DNA of 64,000 bases from a plasmid, in the sequence record NZ_CP027239.1. One strand, written 5' to 3'. Positions 28,288-38,140 of the stretch are shown in pieces (the first letter of the stretch is position 1; each line of letters begins with the position of its first letter). Under the pieces are notes generated by a model. The model was not told the DNA's origin and did not search any database. It saw only the letters and a list, made by a program, of their open reading frames with translations. Both the position numbers and the translations under genes were made by a program.

Positions 28288-29082
28288 TTACCGGATCTGC
28301 AGCCTCGGAACATTCGGCACCTGCACTGGGGCCAGCTGCACATCCGGTGCAGGAGCCGGTGCAGGAGCCGGTGCGGGCGCCGGGGCAGGCGCAGGGGCCG
28401 GTGCGGGCGCAGGGGCCGGTGCGGGCGCAGCCTGCCGGACCGGCGGCTGATACTGCTGCACTGGCGGCTGATACTGCTGAACAGGGGGCTGATACCGCGG
28501 AGCAGGGGCCGGTGCGGGGGCCGGTGCGGGGGCCGGGGCAGCCTGCCGCGCAGCCGCCGGCGGAGACGACGCGGCCCTTGCCGCAGCCTCCCGCTCCTCG
28601 GCCTTCTTCCGCTCCTCTTCCTTGCGCTTGTCCTCTTCCTTCTTCCGCGCCTCTTCCTTGCGCTTCTCCGCCTCGGCTTCACGCTCGGCAACGAACTCCG
28701 ACATCGCCTCCGAGTCGAAACCCGACTGGGGCCCCGCGACCGGCTTGCGGTCCACGATCGGCGCAGCAGCCGCCTCCGGGGCGGCATCTTCCTCCGCCGC
28801 CACCGATTGGACATTGCCGGCGTCGCCACTGGCGTTGCCCAACACCATCCAGCCGCCGGCGCCGATGACGGCCGCCAGGGCGACACCCGAAGCCAGCTTC
28901 AACGCCGGCGACTTGGAGGACCGCGCGACGGACGAGGACGCGGCAGGGCGGGGACTGGGCTCGGCGCGCTCACCCGTTCGCGAGTCGGCCTCGAGGACTG
29001 CCTGGTCCTCAACATCGGCCTTCTGCGCGCGCTCAGCCTGAGCGGCTCGAATCGCTTCCGCTCGCGACATCGACTGCGTCAT
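28288..29082 (-). CDS. membrane-anchored Pro/Ala-repeat protein
   Basis: Predicted transmembrane segment (LASGVALAAVIGAGGWMVLG). Lys/Glu-rich charged segment. Three YQPPVQQ repeats and long (AP)n tracts. GGGGAGGGG RBS. Confidence 0.6.
   Translation of the reverse strand: MTQSMSRAEAIRAAQAERAQKADVEDQAVLEADSRTGERAEPSPRPAASSSVARSSKSPALKLASGVALAAVIGAGGWMVLGNASGDAGNVQSVAAEEDAAPEAAAAPIVDRKPVAGPQSGFDSEAMSEFVAEREAEAEKRKEEARKKEEDKRKEEERKKAEEREAAARAASSPPAAARQAAPAPAPAPAPAPAPRYQPPVQQYQPPVQQYQPPVRQAAPAPAPAPAPAPAPAPAPAPAPAPAPAPDVQLAPVQVPNVPRLQIR
28344..28545. repeat. coding tandem repeats: (GCCGGTGCNGGNGC)n and 3 x 21 bp
   Basis: GCCGGTGC(A/G)GG(A/G)GC reiterated at 28344-28436 and 28503-28545. ggcggctgatactgctgcact / ggcggctgatactgctgaaca / gggggctgataccgcggagca at 28441-28503. 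Confidence 0.6.
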
Positions 29083-29223
29083 ACCTGGCCCCTCCCCTGC
29101 ATGTCCCGATACCTCATCCTATGCCCGACACGTGCCGGCCCCAATGGCCTCACACAGCCGACAAACCCCGGCGATACGGTCTGTGCACAACCACCGTTCA
29201 CCATCGCCTACCCCGGAGTGACC

Positions 29224-29907
29224 ATGACCCAGCAGCACACGTTGGATCTGACTGGCCAGCGCGGCCACTGGGGATACACACGCACTCAGGGGCTATGGGC
29301 ACAGGTGCGCACCCCGCACGGGATGGTCAGCGTCGGCGACAGTGAGCCCCAGCTGCGCACCCTCGGGGCACTGGCGGCGGCACTGGATTGCGAGGACACC
29401 TGCAGCAGTGCTGGCATCACCCTCGCCGATGTCTTCGACGAACTGGACCGGACATGGAAAGCGGCCCCCGGCGAGCCGACGTGGACCACCGCGCGTATCG
29501 CCCGCCGCGACGCCGCCCGACACCTCGTGGCCCACCACGGCATGAGCGTCGCCGCCGCGGCCCATTACTGCGGCGCCTGGGCCGACGACCTCCCACCGCT
29601 GCCCGAGCGAGATCGCTTAGCCGACCCGACTGGCCGCTGGTGGATCACTGAGGACGGCACCCTGGCGCGCAGTTACGGTCACACCGAGCTGTCCGAACTC
29701 TGCGTGGTCGCGCATCGGTCAGTGCGGGCGACCTACTGCCTGTACGTGCTCCCCGGTTTGCCACACGTGGGCAAGGAGACGCGGATGCGGGAGATGCAGT
29801 GGTGGACCCCGATAGACGCCGCGACCGCCGAGGAAGTCGTGCAGCGGTGGGGAACCGCCCCAGGTCTCGTGGCGTATATCGACGACAACATCGACTGCGT
29901 CCGCTGA
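29224..29907 (+). CDS. hypothetical protein (227 aa)
   Basis: ATG 29224 after GGAG. It is the 3' part of ORF 28807..29907; the upstream part is antisense to the previous gene. Confidence 0.45.
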   Translation: MTQQHTLDLTGQRGHWGYTRTQGLWAQVRTPHGMVSVGDSEPQLRTLGALAAALDCEDTCSSAGITLADVFDELDRTWKAAPGEPTWTTARIARRDAARHLVAHHGMSVAAAAHYCGAWADDLPPLPERDRLADPTGRWWITEDGTLARSYGHTELSELCVVAHRSVRATYCLYVLPGLPHVGKETRMREMQWWTPIDAATAEEVVQRWGTAPGLVAYIDDNIDCVR

Positions 29908-30026
29908 CCCGCACCGCTCCCTTCGCAGGACACCACACCGGCAAGAGCGGCTGAGACGATCTACGCCGACAACCCACCCGGACCTGGTACGGATCGCTCA
30001 CCGAGCCGCCGAAGAGGAACCCCCAC

Positions 30027-30902
30027 ATGACTGCCCCGACCGTGCTCTGCAGCCACGACGACTGCGACCGACCCCCCGTTGCTCGTGGCCGATGCAAGCG
30101 CCACTACGTTGCGTACCGCAAGCGCATGAGCCTCTACGGCAAGTGGGAGATCGGCTACGTCGACGCCAACGCTGCTCGCGACCGCGTCCTCGCGCTCGTC
30201 GACGCAGGGATGCCCCTCGCGCAGATCGCCGCCCGCATCTATACCGACCCGTGCGTTTTGCAGCGCCTCAAGAACCATCCGGGCGGCGAGGGGCTCCAGG
30301 CATCTCGTCGGGTTGTGGACGCGATCCTGGCGCTGGACCCGAGCGTCGTCTACACCGCCTACCTCGACGCTGCCGATGAGGCGCACGTTGATGGGACCGG
30401 TAGCCGCCGGCGGCTGCGCAGCCTTGTCGCCGTCGGGTGGACGCAGCGTGAGCTCGCCGAACGCTGCGACTGGGTCTACGAGAACTTGAACTACTTCATC
30501 AACCACGAGGACCGCGGTTTAACCGCTGCCGCCGCACGGCGCGTTGCCGCCGTCTTCACCGAGCTGCAGCTTCACCCAGAGGGCGGGCCATCGACGAAGG
30601 CGCGTCGCCTGGCTCGCGCCAAGGGGTGGGTTCCGCCGCTGGCGTGGGACGAGGACACGATCGACGACCCCCACGCGCGCCCTGCTGAGCTCCCCGACGA
30701 CGACCGGGAACACATCGTGGACGAAATCCTGGTTGAGCGTTGCGTCGCGGCGTGGCGATCCAAGACCCCGACTCCGTACATCCCTCGCGAGGACCGGCCG
30801 GCAGTCGCCGCCGCTCTCCTGAGGGCCGGGGCAACCCGCACCTCCGCCAGCGAACTCGTCGGGTGGTCGCTACCGACGCTGGCCAAGCGGCTGAGCGCCT
30901 GA
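30027..30902 (+). CDS. zinc-ribbon (C-x4-C ... ARGxC-x2-HY) DNA-binding protein
   Basis: N-terminus CSHDDCDRPPVARGRCKRHYVAYRKR resembles the Cys4 ARGLC-HY ribbon found in actinobacterial and actinophage HNH-associated proteins. No HNH catalytic motif. GAAGAGGAA RBS. Confidence 0.45.
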   Translation: MTAPTVLCSHDDCDRPPVARGRCKRHYVAYRKRMSLYGKWEIGYVDANAARDRVLALVDAGMPLAQIAARIYTDPCVLQRLKNHPGGEGLQASRRVVDAILALDPSVVYTAYLDAADEAHVDGTGSRRRLRSLVAVGWTQRELAERCDWVYENLNYFINHEDRGLTAAAARRVAAVFTELQLHPEGGPSTKARRLARAKGWVPPLAWDEDTIDDPHARPAELPDDDREHIVDEILVERCVAAWRSKTPTPYIPREDRPAVAAALLRAGATRTSASELVGWSLPTLAKRLSA

Positions 30903-30986
30903 GCACGAGCTCGTCATGTCGGATCGCGAAGGTACGTTCCTGACCATCGGGATCGAACTGCAGGATGAACAGCAAGGCAGGCAGTC

Positions 30987-33248
30987 ATGAGCGAGAAGTC
31001 GCCCTCCATCATCACGCCACGCACCGTTCGCCGGCCTGAGCCGGGCAAGCGCGGGGTACTGACCCGCGCCCCGTTCGTCGCTGTAGACGTCGAGACGACG
31101 GGGACCGCTGACGTATGCCGCGTGATCGAAATAGCGGCCGCCCGGTACAGCCCCGACGGGACCTTGATCGACACCTACTCGTCGTTGGCTAACCCCGGCA
31201 TGAACGTGCCCCTCAACCCTGCTGCGCAGAAGGTGCACGGCATCACCCCGGCCCAGGTGTGGGCGGCGCCGCCCATCGAGACGGTTCTCGCCGAGTTCCG
31301 CGAGTTCGTGGCGGGCCAAGGCCTCGTGGCCCACAACCTCAGTTTCGAGTCGAGGTTCCTGAGCAGCGAATACCACCGGCTGGAGCAGGCCCCGCCCCAG
31401 TGGCAGGGCGTGTGCACTCTGGCTGCCGCACGCCGCCACTTCAAGTCCCCGTCCAACAAGCTCGCGGCGCTGATTGAGCTGTTCAACTTGCCCGCGATCA
31501 ACTCGCACCGCGCGTTGGACGATGCGAAGGCGTGTGGCCTGCTGCTGTCAGCGATGATGGCGGCCCGAAATCTCACCGACCTCGATCCCCTTACCGCCCC
31601 GGTCGTCGACAACGATCCCGGGCCGCGGGAACACCTCACGGTCTCGGCCACCGCGCCCACGCCCTCTGCGGACCCGGCTCTGACCCGCGCAGCTTTCGGA
31701 GGGCACGCGCCCACCGATGAGCAGTCCGCCATCGTGGACAGCTTCCAGCAAGGGCAGCAGTTGACGGTCTCAGCATGTGCCGGGTCGGGCAAGACCTCTA
31801 CCGTGCTCGGCCTGGCCCGACTGGAGGCGGCCCGTAACCCCGGCCGACGGGGGCTGTACATCGCGTTCAACGCCTCCGTCGCCCGTGAAGCCAAGGGCCA
31901 GTTCCCGCAGCAGGTGCGAGCCTCGACAGCGCACTCGTTGGCGTTCAGCAGCCTCAAGGACGGGCCGCACGCGGATCTGCTGGGAAAGCTCAACGCGCCC
32001 CGCCCACGTTGGCGCGACACCATCGACGCGCTGGCGGCCACCAAACTGTGGCTGCCAGCGGACTACGGCGGGCCGCGCGTCCTCTCGGAGTACGTGATGG
32101 CTCGGCTTGCTCTGCGCACCCTCGAGCAGTTCTGCCGCACCACTGACGAGGGGATCGGCCCGCACCACGTGCCGGAGCAGACGGGCGTGGAGGGGCCGGC
32201 GCGGGAGCTCATGGTCGACCAGGTGCTTCCCCTGGCGCGGAGGGCATGGCGGTTGGCGCTGAACCCGCACCGATTCGAGGTGCAGTTCCAGCATGACCAC
32301 TACCTCAAGCTGTGGGCCGATACCGGACCGAAGGTCGGGAGGGAAGACGACTACATCGTGGTCGACGAGGCTCAGGACCTGAACCCGATCCTGCGCGAGA
32401 TCGTGCTGTCGCAAACCCACCTGCAGCGGGTCATGGTCGGAGATAGCGCCCAAGCGATCTACGGCTTCACCGGCGCCAAAGACGCCCTGCACGACGTGCC
32501 TGATGCGGTCGAGCGGGCTCTGACCCAGTCCTGGAGGTTCGGCGACACCATCGCCGAGGCCGCGAACCTGTATCTCGAGCAGCTCGGAGTGGCGATGCGG
32601 GTACGGGGCAACCCCGGCAAGCATTCACGGCTGACCGCTGGGGATCGGCCGGTCGACGCCGTGCTGTGCCGCACCAACGCTGACGCGATCGGCGAAGTGA
32701 TCGCTGCGCAGAAGGCCGGCAAGGCCACTGCCCTCGAGGGGGACCGGGCGGCGGCGCTGCGGTTCTGCGACTCCGCGGAACAGCTGCAGGCCGGTATCTC
32801 GCCGAGGGATCCGTCGCTGGCGGCGTTCTCGAGCTGGCTGGACCTGGTGGAGTACGTGGAGAACAGTCCCGGCGTTTCGGAGATCAAGACGCTGGTGGAG
32901 CTGGTCGACGACCACGGCCTGGACGTGGTGCGCGATGCGATGGAGAACCTGGTCCCCAGATCACGTGCGGCGCTAATTTCAGGTACTGCACACAAGGCCA
33001 AGGGGCTGGAGTTCTCGCGGGTGCGCATCAACGGGAACTGGCAGATCGACGAGCCCAGGCCCGACGTCAGCGAAGAGGCACGCAACGCCGAGCTGATGCT
33101 CGCCTACGTCGCGCTGACCCGCGCCATGGACGAACTCGACCCCGGGCAACTGCTCACCGACATCGAGCGGTCCCGCATCCAGCCCGACCTTCCCGGCACG
33201 CCCACCGCCACCGACGGGGGCCTGTTCACGCTTCCCCTCACCGGCTGA
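30987..33248 (+). CDS. DnaQ-like 3'-5' exonuclease (DEDDh) fused to a UvrD/PcrA-type SF1 helicase
   Basis: Exo I VAVDVETTG. Exo II HNLSFESRFL. Exo III HRALDDAKA. Helicase motif I ACAGSGKTST. Motif II VVDEAQD. Motif V/VI region GTAHKAKGLEFSRV. Confidence 0.8.
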   Translation: MSEKSPSIITPRTVRRPEPGKRGVLTRAPFVAVDVETTGTADVCRVIEIAAARYSPDGTLIDTYSSLANPGMNVPLNPAAQKVHGITPAQVWAAPPIETVLAEFREFVAGQGLVAHNLSFESRFLSSEYHRLEQAPPQWQGVCTLAAARRHFKSPSNKLAALIELFNLPAINSHRALDDAKACGLLLSAMMAARNLTDLDPLTAPVVDNDPGPREHLTVSATAPTPSADPALTRAAFGGHAPTDEQSAIVDSFQQGQQLTVSACAGSGKTSTVLGLARLEAARNPGRRGLYIAFNASVAREAKGQFPQQVRASTAHSLAFSSLKDGPHADLLGKLNAPRPRWRDTIDALAATKLWLPADYGGPRVLSEYVMARLALRTLEQFCRTTDEGIGPHHVPEQTGVEGPARELMVDQVLPLARRAWRLALNPHRFEVQFQHDHYLKLWADTGPKVGREDDYIVVDEAQDLNPILREIVLSQTHLQRVMVGDSAQAIYGFTGAKDALHDVPDAVERALTQSWRFGDTIAEAANLYLEQLGVAMRVRGNPGKHSRLTAGDRPVDAVLCRTNADAIGEVIAAQKAGKATALEGDRAAALRFCDSAEQLQAGISPRDPSLAAFSSWLDLVEYVENSPGVSEIKTLVELVDDHGLDVVRDAMENLVPRSRAALISGTAHKAKGLEFSRVRINGNWQIDEPRPDVSEEARNAELMLAYVALTRAMDELDPGQLLTDIERSRIQPDLPGTPTATDGGLFTLPLTG

Positions 33249-33587
33249 GCAGACAGACTCACGCCGGCCAGTGGTAGGCGCGAAGCGTCCTGGGGGACGC
33301 AGTCTTGTCCGGCCATCGCCCGAGAACTGGTTGAGCCGGCCTGAGAGCCCCACAGCTTCGCCGTCAGGCGGTGAGGGGCCGGCGGCACGGGCCGCTGTTA
33401 GCGTGCGGAGCACGGGCGGCCGGATGTGCGCCCGTCGCTGATGCACTTTCTGGGCTCCCGCGCAGCCCACCGTGCGCCGGAGGCCAAGGTCCCTGAGGAT
33501 CACATCCGCACCCCGTCTGGACACGGCTGGCACTTGCCGTGGTGCGCGGGCCCACACGCCAGCCCATCGCCGACGAGGAGTCACCTC

Positions 33588-34682
33588 ATGGTCAAGAACA
33601 GCCGCCGTAAGAAGCGGATCCGAGCAGCAGCCGCCGAAGCGGGCAGCAACTACACCTCCGCCCTACGCAAGGATTTAACAGCTCAGCAGGCTCCCGAACT
33701 GCCGTCCGAATACTGGTTCCCCAATCACGGGACCCCGGAGTTCGACGAAGCGATCAAGCTCGCCCGCCAGGGCATCCTCCGGTTCGGGCCCCAGGAGGGT
33801 GGGGGGTGGCTGGATTGGAACCTCAACGAGACCCCCCACGGCCTGTTCGGTGGCAAAACCGGCTCCGGGAAGTCGGTGGCCCTGTTGATCGTGCTGTTCT
33901 ACGCGATGTACTTGCCTGAACAGGTGGAGGTGATCGTGTGCGACCCCAAGGGGACCGAGTTTTCCTGGGCCACCGAGTTCCCTTCGGTGATCCGCTACGC
34001 CCACTCCGATGAGGACATCTGTGACGCCCTTGAGCTCGCAGGCGAGCGACTCGACACGGTTACCAGGCTTCTCAATCGCACCGGGGTTCGCAAGCTGTCG
34101 TGGCTGCGTGAGGAGTACGCCCATAATCCGGAGTTGGAAGCCCAATTCGGTCCCGCCCCCAAGCGGCTCATCGTCGTCTTCGATGAGATCGCAGAGTTCT
34201 TGGTCCGCGCCGCGGACGATTCGCTCGAGGAGCGTAAGGGTGAGGCGCGGATGCGGCTGGAGCGCATCGGCCGACTCGGTCGAGCTCCCGAGGTCAATAT
34301 CGTGTGCACCGCGCAGAAACCGGACTCCGAAGTCATGTCTATTCAGTTGCTCAGCCAACTGCCGTTCCGTCTCGGTTTCGGCCCCCTGGGCGAGGACGAA
34401 TCGCGGGTAATCCTCTACTCCGGCCACGGCGCCCGCCTCCCAGCGGCCGACATCCCCGATGGTCGTGCGTGGGCCTATGAGCCGATGCACGGGCACCGGC
34501 AGGTGCAGGTGATGTTCCTGCCCGCCGGCCCGCTGCCCCGCCCCTGGGACCTGGACCGGGACGTGCCGGGCGCGCGCGAGCTGATCCGTGACCGACTGGC
34601 CCAGCTGGGTTACCGGCAGGTGACGGGGGCAAAAGGTAACGGCGGGGGACCTCGGTGGGTTCGGCCTACCTCAGCTGCTTGA
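33588..34682 (+). CDS. FtsK/SpoIIIE-family DNA-translocase-like ATPase (364 aa; candidate coupling or transfer protein)
   Basis: Walker A GGKTGSGKSV. Walker B LIVVFDEIAEF. Basic N-terminus KNSRRKKRIR. GAGGAG RBS before ATG 33588. Confidence 0.75.
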   Translation: MVKNSRRKKRIRAAAAEAGSNYTSALRKDLTAQQAPELPSEYWFPNHGTPEFDEAIKLARQGILRFGPQEGGGWLDWNLNETPHGLFGGKTGSGKSVALLIVLFYAMYLPEQVEVIVCDPKGTEFSWATEFPSVIRYAHSDEDICDALELAGERLDTVTRLLNRTGVRKLSWLREEYAHNPELEAQFGPAPKRLIVVFDEIAEFLVRAADDSLEERKGEARMRLERIGRLGRAPEVNIVCTAQKPDSEVMSIQLLSQLPFRLGFGPLGEDESRVILYSGHGARLPAADIPDGRAWAYEPMHGHRQVQVMFLPAGPLPRPWDLDRDVPGARELIRDRLAQLGYRQVTGAKGNGGGPRWVRPTSAA

Positions 34683-34694
34683 CGGTCAGAAACG

Positions 34695-34730
34695 GCCGGC
34701 GGCCCCGGACCAACATGGTCCGGGGCCGCT
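34695..34730. terminator. bidirectional hairpin terminator between convergent genes
   Basis: ggccccggacc-aacat-ggtccggggcc is a perfect 11-bp stem. Confidence 0.5.
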
Positions 34731-34761
34731 CGGTGTTCCGCACGGCAGGGGTGGGTTCTGT

Positions 34762-35040
34762 TCAGGCCGCCGTCTGAGCGAGCTGGCTCTGCCAGTCCAG
34801 CAAGCGGGACTTGTCGTAGGAGCCGCAGTGGTCCAGGACAGTGGCGGTCGCGATGTCGTCGCCATCGAGGAGGACGAAGGCGGGTGCCTGCAGGCGGCCG
34901 AGCTGGTTGACCATCAGGTCGCGCATCGCCTCGTCTACGGTGACGTCGATGGCCTCGTAGGTGATGCCACGCTTGTCGAGCTGCTTCATCACGTGCGGGC
35001 AGACCGAGCAGGTGGCGGTGGTTGCCATGATGATTCGCAT
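34762..35040 (-). CDS. glutaredoxin/NrdH-like thioredoxin-fold protein (92 aa)
   Basis: CxxC active-site motif TCSVCPHV near the N-terminus. Size and layout match NrdH-type redoxins. AAGGAG RBS. Confidence 0.55.
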   Translation of the reverse strand: MRIIMATTATCSVCPHVMKQLDKRGITYEAIDVTVDEAMRDLMVNQLGRLQAPAFVLLDGDDIATATVLDHCGSYDKSRLLDWQSQLAQTAA

Positions 35041-35170
35041 GGTGCTTCTCCTTGCCGTTCCGGGGCAGTGCCGATTCCGATACGAGGGACGCTATCCCAC
35101 TATTTCCCCTGCGTATAGGGGGTTTTGCCGCTCAAGGGTTGGCTTTAACCCGTTGGGGTAACCCTTACGC

Positions 35171-35420
35171 TCAGGGGGTTTGGCGGGTGGTGTCGGCGCT
35201 GGTGGCGGCGCGGATTATCTGCTGTCGGTGCCGGTACCCGCGGTGCCACATTTCGGCGAGAAAGATTTCTCGCTCGCTGGTGCCGCGGTACGGGCACACC
35301 ACCGGCGGCAGGTTGTCGTTGACCGCTTGGGCTCCTTCGTTCTGGGCCGCCAGGATCTCCCGCAGGGTGGCCGGATAGTGGCGCGACTGGAAGGTGCGCC
35401 CTTCGGGCTTAGGCGACGAC
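35171..35420 (-). CDS. hypothetical small protein (83 aa)
   Basis: ATG 35420 overlaps the end of the upstream gene by 12 nt. Part of ORF 35171..35668. Low confidence. Confidence 0.3.
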
Positions 35421-36449
35421 ATCTCGGTCCTGGAATCGCAGCTGGTTGCTGGGGGAGTCCGCGGACTGCTTGTGCTCGGACAGCCACCGCGAGTAGGACA
35501 TCGCGCCGCCCTGTCCGGCGAGGAAGGAGCGGAGTTCCTCGGAGGCGTAATTGCGCAGAAGGATGACGTTGCCGCGCAGGATGTCGTTGGGGTCCACGCC
35601 CCGCGCTTCGCCCTTGCGGTTGAGGAGTTTTCCGCGGCAGGCGTTCTCGGCTTGGACGTGCAGGTCATCCAGGAACTCGCTGTACTCCTGGCGGAGCTCG
35701 ACCTCGAGGTTGCTGACGGTCCCGCGGGCTTTGATCTCGTCGAGACTGGTGCGGTGGGCCGGGTTGGTGATCAGGCTTTCCTCCAATGCCGCGTACTTGC
35801 GCCACGAGAGGGTCTGCCAGCCCTCCGCCAGCCGTTGTTGGTCGGTGGCCGATAGCTCAGGCGCGTCGTCGGCGGCGGTGTCGTCTGCCTGTGCGGCGAA
35901 GGGGTCGGCGCCGGTCATGGCTGCCGGGTTGACGCCCTCGCGGCGCCACTGATCCTCGATGCGTGCACGCAGCTCCGGGTGGTTCTCGGTGCGCACCCAG
36001 GCGGTGTAGCGGTCGAAGTCGTCCATGTCGGCGATCGCCTCGACGCTGAGGGTGGCGTGGAGCTGCTGGTCCTCGTCGTCTCGGCGCAGCATCTCGGCCA
36101 CGACCCTGTCCGCCGCGACGGGATCGTCGTTGAGTCCGGCGAGCTCGACTCCAAGCTGGTCGGTGCTCATCTCGCGGAGTCGCTCCGCGGTGTACTCGTC
36201 CGCGCGCGTGGGTGGGATCGCGGCGCGGAGAGCGTCGGCGATGCGGCCTTCCCTTTCGCCGAGGGAATCTATGGCCGCCACGAACCGGCTTAGCGCCTTG
36301 TCGGCGGCCTCCTGGTCACCGGCTGCGAGCGCGGCCTGATGGCGCTTATCCCAGCGTGCGACGAGTTGGGACGCTACGGCGATCGCTTTGCGGGCGGGAT
36401 CTAGTTGGCTGGGGCATCGGCGCCCGCCGTCGTCGTGACATCGACACAT
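35409..36449 (-). CDS. hypothetical protein with Cys-rich N-terminus (346 aa)
   Basis: N-terminus MCRCHDDGGRRCP. Otherwise acidic and helical. AGGAGAGG RBS. Confidence 0.5.
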   Translation of the reverse strand: MCRCHDDGGRRCPSQLDPARKAIAVASQLVARWDKRHQAALAAGDQEAADKALSRFVAAIDSLGEREGRIADALRAAIPPTRADEYTAERLREMSTDQLGVELAGLNDDPVAADRVVAEMLRRDDEDQQLHATLSVEAIADMDDFDRYTAWVRTENHPELRARIEDQWRREGVNPAAMTGADPFAAQADDTAADDAPELSATDQQRLAEGWQTLSWRKYAALEESLITNPAHRTSLDEIKARGTVSNLEVELRQEYSEFLDDLHVQAENACRGKLLNRKGEARGVDPNDILRGNVILLRNYASEELRSFLAGQGGAMSYSRWLSEHKQSADSPSNQLRFQDRDVVA

Positions 36450-36668
36450 CGCGCTGTCCTCTCCTGCTTTTTGCTCCCGATAGCGGCCGAGGCTACCTGC
36501 AGCATTTGCCGGGGCCAGCCGTCGAGGATGTGCGGCTCGCTGCCGGCGGCTGCGCTGGTAGAGCGGTGTGCCGGACCGCTGCGGTCGGACACATCACGGC
36601 GGCATGACCCGCTGCCACAATGGCGCCACTGCGGTGACCAGCACCGCCAGACTCGATGGAGGATCCCG

Positions 36669-37007
36669 ATGTCTCTTCCCACTCTCACTCCAGAGCAGCG
36701 CGCCCAGGCACTCGAGAAGGCGGCCCAGGCGCGTCAACTGCGCGCGAAGCTCAAGGAGGACATCGCTGCCGGCAAGGTCACCCTGCCCGCGCTGATGGAC
36801 GACGAGTTCGGCCCCTACGCCGACACCCCGGAGATCGTGAACAAGACGAAGGTGGTGCAGTTGCTGCAGGCAGTGAAGGGCATCGGAACGGTCAAGGCCG
36901 AAACGCTCATGGCCCAGTGCAACATCGCCGAGAACCGTCGCCTGGGTGGCCTGGGCCGGGACCAGCGGCGTCGCCTCACGCAGGCCCTGGCGGAAGTGAC
37001 CGGGTGA
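36669..37007 (+). CDS. mihF: actinobacterial integration host factor (mIHF/sIHF-like) DNA-binding protein
   Basis: MSLPTLTPEQRAQALEKAAQARQLRAKLKE...LLQAVKGIGTVKAETLMAQCNIAENRRLGGLGRDQRRRL follows the mIHF family consensus. GGAGGA RBS. 112 aa. Confidence 0.7.
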   Translation: MSLPTLTPEQRAQALEKAAQARQLRAKLKEDIAAGKVTLPALMDDEFGPYADTPEIVNKTKVVQLLQAVKGIGTVKAETLMAQCNIAENRRLGGLGRDQRRRLTQALAEVTG

Positions 37008-37178
37008 GCTCGACCTGCTGAGCCTTCCTCGCCAGAGCTCGTTCCCCGCAGTCAGGCCTTTCCCGGCTGCGGGGAACGTTCGTTCAGGGGCGGGGCCTGA
37101 GCGGGGTGCTGCTGCACCTGCAGGGAGGTGACGAATCGTCGGTGTTGCCCGCACGCCCACCCTGAGAGGACCCCCGCT

Positions 37179-37928
37179 ATGACTGCAGCTCCAGCACAGG
37201 ACACCGACCGCCGGATCACCGTGTACGTCGTGACGTTCCCCCCAGCCGATGACCAGGGCGGGTTCGGTGGGTTCTTCTGGGACCGAAGCCTGACCGCCAT
37301 GCAGGCCGTCTACGAGGAAGAGTTCCAGCGTTCGGCCGCCGACCCCAACCCGCGCCTCGTGCGGCTCGTGCCGGTGACCGTCACCGACGGTGACGCCAAC
37401 CAGATCACCGAGGAACTCGACGCCCGCGCCGATGAGCTCGAGTCGCAGGCCGCCGCCCTGCGCCAGTTCGTGCCGCGGAACACGATCCGCGCCCACGTGC
37501 CCACCGGGGGGCTGGTGCGCCGCGACCCACACCTGGCGGCGCGCACCGCGGCGATCGACTACGCGGTGATGGACGTGCAGGGCGGGGTGATCAAGCGTGG
37601 TTGGTACCCGAACCTGGCGGGCCTGCTCGAGAGCGTGCAGCAGGTCGGCAACTGGGCGTCACTGAACGGCCTGTTCGCCACGGTCGCCGAGCACCGGGCC
37701 CGTCTTCATGACGCTCCGGCAGAGCTGAGCGACTTCGAGGCTGCCTGCGCTGATTGCGACGACCTGCCCGGTCGACCGTTGACCGATGACCTGCTGGTGT
37801 GGTGGGACGTAGACAGCGACACGGTCGTCGGCGACCCCGCCGTCTTGGCGGCTGAGCTGGTGAACGCGCTGGAGCCGCAGTTCCACGGTCTCACCCTGAC
37901 CATCGCCGGCGTTAGCCACGTGTTCTAG
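37179..37928 (+). CDS. hypothetical protein (249 aa)
   Basis: Coding-like composition. ATG 37179 with a weak GAGAGGA RBS. Confidence 0.45.
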   Translation: MTAAPAQDTDRRITVYVVTFPPADDQGGFGGFFWDRSLTAMQAVYEEEFQRSAADPNPRLVRLVPVTVTDGDANQITEELDARADELESQAAALRQFVPRNTIRAHVPTGGLVRRDPHLAARTAAIDYAVMDVQGGVIKRGWYPNLAGLLESVQQVGNWASLNGLFATVAEHRARLHDAPAELSDFEAACADCDDLPGRPLTDDLLVWWDVDSDTVVGDPAVLAAELVNALEPQFHGLTLTIAGVSHVF

Positions 37929-37940
37929 CTGCCGCGACAT

Positions 37941-37984
37941 TCGCCCCTCCCGCGCCCCGGCGGGAGGGGCGTTTCTCGTTCTGG
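37941..37984 (+). terminator. rho-independent terminator
   Basis: cgcccctcccgc-gccccg-gcgggaggggcg followed by TTTCTCGTT. Confidence 0.55.
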
Positions 37985-38140
37985 TGCCGCTCGACTGGCG
38001 CAACCCCCTTGCTTCGCCACTGGCCAGAGCGGGGACTGGACGCTACGTGTGCGGCAGGCCGCACACGTGCCGAGGTCATCGGGCCGCTAATGTGACGGCA
38101 GCGTGACGCACTCTTGGAGCCAGGGGAAGGGGGAGGCGCC

